Shown here: positions 63,949 to 64,000 of the stretch, in pieces | How the letters are laid out: the number at the start of each line of letters is the position of its first letter | Position numbering within the stretch: the first letter of the stretch is position 1 | Origin: Tubiluchus corallicola | Lineage: Eukaryota; Animalia; Priapulida | Direction of reading: 5' to 3' | NCBI GenBank assembly: GCA_030141605.1 | Contig: JAQGDQ010000574.1 | Coordinates: 62,001 to 126,000 of the forward strand | DNA: 64,000 bases | The notes under the pieces: model-generated | What the model was told of the DNA's origin: nothing | The model's database searches: none | The model's input: only the letters and a program-made list of their open reading frames with translations | Position numbers and translations under genes: made by a program

Positions 63949-64000
63949 CTGCAAGCAATAAAATCATAAGTCTGCTTGTTTGTTTGTCTGTCCGTTTAAC

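Overview
AT-rich, intron- and repeat-rich animal genomic DNA, probably a marine invertebrate; it is not prokaryotic. Six protein-coding genes can be reconstructed by reading splice sites. They are intronless PSMB6 (-), intronless NAA20 (+), spliced MRPS10 (-), 9-exon DNAL1 (+), and a ZNF541/TRERF1/MIDEAS-family C2H2-ELM2-SANT gene (-, 15 exons, 5' end outside the window). The sixth lies antisense inside DNAL1 intron 5: an intronless 830-aa ankyrin-repeat plus Mab21/cGAS-like nucleotidyltransferase (cGLR) with an apparently intact catalytic site. That gene sits between a left-end and a right-end fragment of one TTAA-flanked DNA transposon family. The same intron holds a full-length 5S-rRNA-derived SINE with target-site duplications; its tail matches an RTE-like LINE 3' fragment elsewhere in the window. 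Also present are many MITEs, a tRNA-headed MetaSINE-like element, two solo-LTR-like repeats and a candidate minimal hammerhead ribozyme. There are several intronic minisatellites, one built from Pol III B-box plus TTAGGG units. All calls come from manual reading with no database searches.
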